Shown here: positions 61,541 through 64,000 of the stretch, piece after piece
Layout: every line of letters begins with the position of its first letter
Numbering within the stretch: position 1 is the first letter of the stretch
NCBI RefSeq assembly: GCF_036387615.1
Contig: NZ_DASVTH010000032.1
Span: forward strand, 7,491 to 71,490
Source of the DNA: Allosphingosinicella sp.
GTDB lineage: Bacteria > Pseudomonadota > Alphaproteobacteria > Sphingomonadales > Sphingomonadaceae
Direction of reading: 5' to 3'
Length of the DNA stretch: 64,000 nucleotides
Notes under the pieces: generated by a model
Told to the model about the DNA's origin: nothing
Database searches by the model: none
The model's input: the letters and a program-made list of their open reading frames with translations, nothing else
Program-made: the position numbers and the translations under genes

Positions 61541-62615
61541 GCTGTCGGGAGCGGAAAGTCCGTACACCCACAAGGGGCTGACCTACCCGTTCGGCCGCCG
61601 CTTCCCCGAAGCAGGCGAGTTGATCAGCGTCGCCGACGGGCTGCATTGGGCGCGGCTGCCGGTTCCGGGGCCGCTCAAACACGTCAATATCTGGCTGCTG
61701 GATGATGGCGAGGGCTTTGCCGCGATCGATGCCGGGCTCGACATCCCGCCGTGCCGCGAGGCCTGGGAGACGTTGCTCGCGGGGCCGCTCGGTGGGCGGC
61801 CGATCAGCCGGATGCTGGTCACGCACTTCCATCCGGATCATCTCGGTCTTGCCGGTTGGCTGTGCGAGCGTTTCTCCGCCCGGCTCTGGATGAGCCGTGA
61901 GGAATGGCTGTTCGCCCGGATGCTGACCAGCGACGTGCGCGACGCGCCGCCGCCCGATGCTTTTGCCTACTGGCGCTCGGCCGGGTGGAATGAAGAGCGG
62001 ATTGAGGCGGAAGCCGCCAAGGGCTGGGGCCGCTTCGCCTCGGTGGTGACGCCGGTGCCGGTCAGCTTCGTACGGCTGCGCGACGGCGATCTCGTCCCGA
62101 TCGGCGGCCGCGAATGGCGAGTCGTCACCGGCAACGGCCATTCACCCGAACATGTTTGCCTGCTCGACGAGGCGAACCGCGTGCTGATCGCCGGCGATCA
62201 GGTGCTGCCGCGGATCACGTCCAACGTGTCGCTGTCGCTCAGCGAGCCGGAAGGCGATCCGCTTGGCGACTGGCTGGACTCCATCGCCAAGCTGCGTCGC
62301 TTGCCGGATGATCTGCTCGTGCTGCCCTCGCATGGTGATCCGTTCATGGGTCTGCACGCCCGTCTGGACGCGCTCGACGCCGGACATCGCGACCGGCTGA
62401 ATGCGCTTGCCGAGCACCTTGAGGAGCCCCGCCGTGCGGTCGACTGCTTTTCGATCCTGTTCGGGCGCAAGATCGACGCCGGCATCTTCGGCCTCGCGAC
62501 CGGAGAGGCGATGGCACACCTGCGGCGGCTTGAGCTGGAGGGCAGGGCGGCGAGGGAATGGCGCGGCGACACCGCCTGGTTTCACTCCACCCAGTCGAGC
62601 CCGATCTCGCGGTAA
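61518..62615 (+). CDS. MBL-fold metallo-hydrolase
   Basis: THFHPDH, GHSPEH, GDQ, PSHG. Confidence 0.9.
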   Translation: MSTRSEAELSGAESPYTHKGLTYPFGRRFPEAGELISVADGLHWARLPVPGPLKHVNIWLLDDGEGFAAIDAGLDIPPCREAWETLLAGPLGGRPISRMLVTHFHPDHLGLAGWLCERFSARLWMSREEWLFARMLTSDVRDAPPPDAFAYWRSAGWNEERIEAEAAKGWGRFASVVTPVPVSFVRLRDGDLVPIGGREWRVVTGNGHSPEHVCLLDEANRVLIAGDQVLPRITSNVSLSLSEPEGDPLGDWLDSIAKLRRLPDDLLVLPSHGDPFMGLHARLDALDAGHRDRLNALAEHLEEPRRAVDCFSILFGRKIDAGIFGLATGEAMAHLRRLELEGRAAREWRGDTAWFHSTQSSPISR

Positions 62616-63475
62616 AGGCCGCGGTCCTCTTCCCAGTCGGGATTGACCTTGACGTGGAGGAAGAGGTGCACTTTGCGGCCGAGCAGTTCGGCCAGTTGCG
62701 CGCGGGCGGCGGCGCCGATCTGCTTGATGCGCGTGCCGCCCTTGCCCAGCACGATTGCCTTCTGAGTCGGCCGCCCGACCAGGATCTGCTGGTGGATCGC
62801 GACCGATCCGTCGCGGCGTTCTTCGTATTTTTCGGTCTCGACGGCGCTTGCATAAGGCAGCTCCGCGTGGAGCTGGAGGTAAAGTTGTTCGCGGGTGACT
62901 TCGGCGGCGAGCATGCGGTCGGTCGCGTCGGAAACCTGGTCTTCGGGGAAGTGCCACGGCCCTTCCGGAACGCGCGCGGCGAGCGCGGTCTTGAGGTCCG
63001 GGATGCCGTCGCCGGTCGTGGCGGAGACCATGAAGATTTGTTCGAACTGGAGCCGCTCGGAGAGCCTGGCGGTTAGGGTGAGCAGTTCCTCCTTGGGCGT
63101 AATGTCGACCTTGTTGAGGATCAGCCATTTGGGCTCGGGCCTGCCGCCAAGCCCGTCCAGCATCTCCTCCAGCCGATGCGACAGGCCGGTCTTGGCGTCG
63201 ATGACGAGCGCGAGCAGGTCCGCATCCTGCGCGCCCGCCCAGGCGGCCGCGACCATGGCGCGGTCCAGCCGGCGCTTGGGCTCGAAGATGCCGGGCGTGT
63301 CGAGCAGCAGCACCTGCGCCTGACCAAGGATCGCCACCCCCATCAGCCGCACGCGCGTGGTTTGCGCCTTGGGGCTGACGATCGCGACCTTCTGGCCGAC
63401 GAGCGCATTGACGAGCGTCGACTTGCCGGCGTTCGGCGCTCCGACAACGGCTACGAAACCGCAGCGCTCCGTCAT
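62582..63475 (-). CDS. era: GTPase Era
   Basis: GAPNAGKST, QTTR, DTPG, NKVD, KH domain. Confidence 0.97.
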   Translation of the reverse strand: MTERCGFVAVVGAPNAGKSTLVNALVGQKVAIVSPKAQTTRVRLMGVAILGQAQVLLLDTPGIFEPKRRLDRAMVAAAWAGAQDADLLALVIDAKTGLSHRLEEMLDGLGGRPEPKWLILNKVDITPKEELLTLTARLSERLQFEQIFMVSATTGDGIPDLKTALAARVPEGPWHFPEDQVSDATDRMLAAEVTREQLYLQLHAELPYASAVETEKYEERRDGSVAIHQQILVGRPTQKAIVLGKGGTRIKQIGAAARAQLAELLGRKVHLFLHVKVNPDWEEDRGLYREIGLDWVE

Positions 63476-64000
63476 GTGACTTTCTCCAGCAACGCCTTGG
63501 CGGCGGCAGTTTCAGCCTCCTGCTTGCTCAAGCCATCAGCGGTGGCGCTGCCCACATTCTTGATCTCGACTTCGACTACGAATTTCGGCGCATGGTGGGG
63601 GCCGGAGCGGCCGGTGAGATGGTAGGCGGGGGGCTTGCGGTTGTTGGCGGCAGCCCATTCCTGGAGCGCGGACTTGGGATGCTTGGGCGCGCGATCCTGG
63701 CCCTCGACGCGCTCGGCCCAGGCGGAGCGGACGAACCGCGCCGCTGCTTCCAGCCCTGCTTCCAGATAAAGGGCGCCGATCAAGGCTTCGGTGATGTCGC
63801 CCAGCACATTGTCGCTATCGGCCGCGCCGTCGTCACGAGCCTGCTTGCCGAGGATCACATGTTCGCGCGCGCCAAGCTCGCGCGCAACCTCGGCGCAGGT
63901 CTCGCCCGAGACGAGCACGTTGAAGCGGCGCGACAGCTTGCCCTCCGGTTCATCCGGATAGAGCTCGTAAAGCCAGGTCGCCATCGCGAGCCCCAGGACC
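63472..64000 (-). CDS. rnc: Ribonuclease III (5' end outside window)
   Basis: EGKLS, DITEALIGALYL, dsRBD PKSALQEW; upstream of era. Confidence 0.95.
   Translation of the reverse strand, partial: VLGLAMATWLYELYPDEPEGKLSRRFNVLVSGETCAEVARELGAREHVILGKQARDDGAADSDNVLGDITEALIGALYLEAGLEAAARFVRSAWAERVEGQDRAPKHPKSALQEWAAANNRKPPAYHLTGRSGPHHAPKFVVEVEIKNVGSATADGLSKQEAETAAAKALLEKVT

Overview
GC-rich alphaproteobacterial chromosome segment, probably Sphingomonadaceae (inferred from gene content and repeat style). Most of it is core or housekeeping: kup 3' end, tRNA-Met, hppD, trxB, truA, fmt, recR, def, an EF-G paralog, nadC, ihfB, rpsA, clpA, DUF1013/trcR, era and the rnc 3' part. It also holds a complete exosortase A/PEP-CTERM exopolysaccharide locus (about 6.2-24.6 kb). 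The most striking feature is a 10.9-kb decaying integrative island (38665-49588). It appears to have split the host tRNA-Leu gene inside its anticodon loop, leaving an orphan 5' half at 49589-49623 and an orphan 3' half at 38611-38664 without repair. The island carries its own complete tRNA-Leu(UAA), interrupted at the same anticodon position by a 216-nt group I intron of the cyanobacterial/plastid trnL type. Its other cargo is a collapsed tyrosine integrase, an ECF sigma factor/Ser-Thr kinase pair, a triply frameshifted ~2,100-aa RTX-type protein and a decayed HigBA module. All calls come from reading the sequence and the ORF track; no searches were run.
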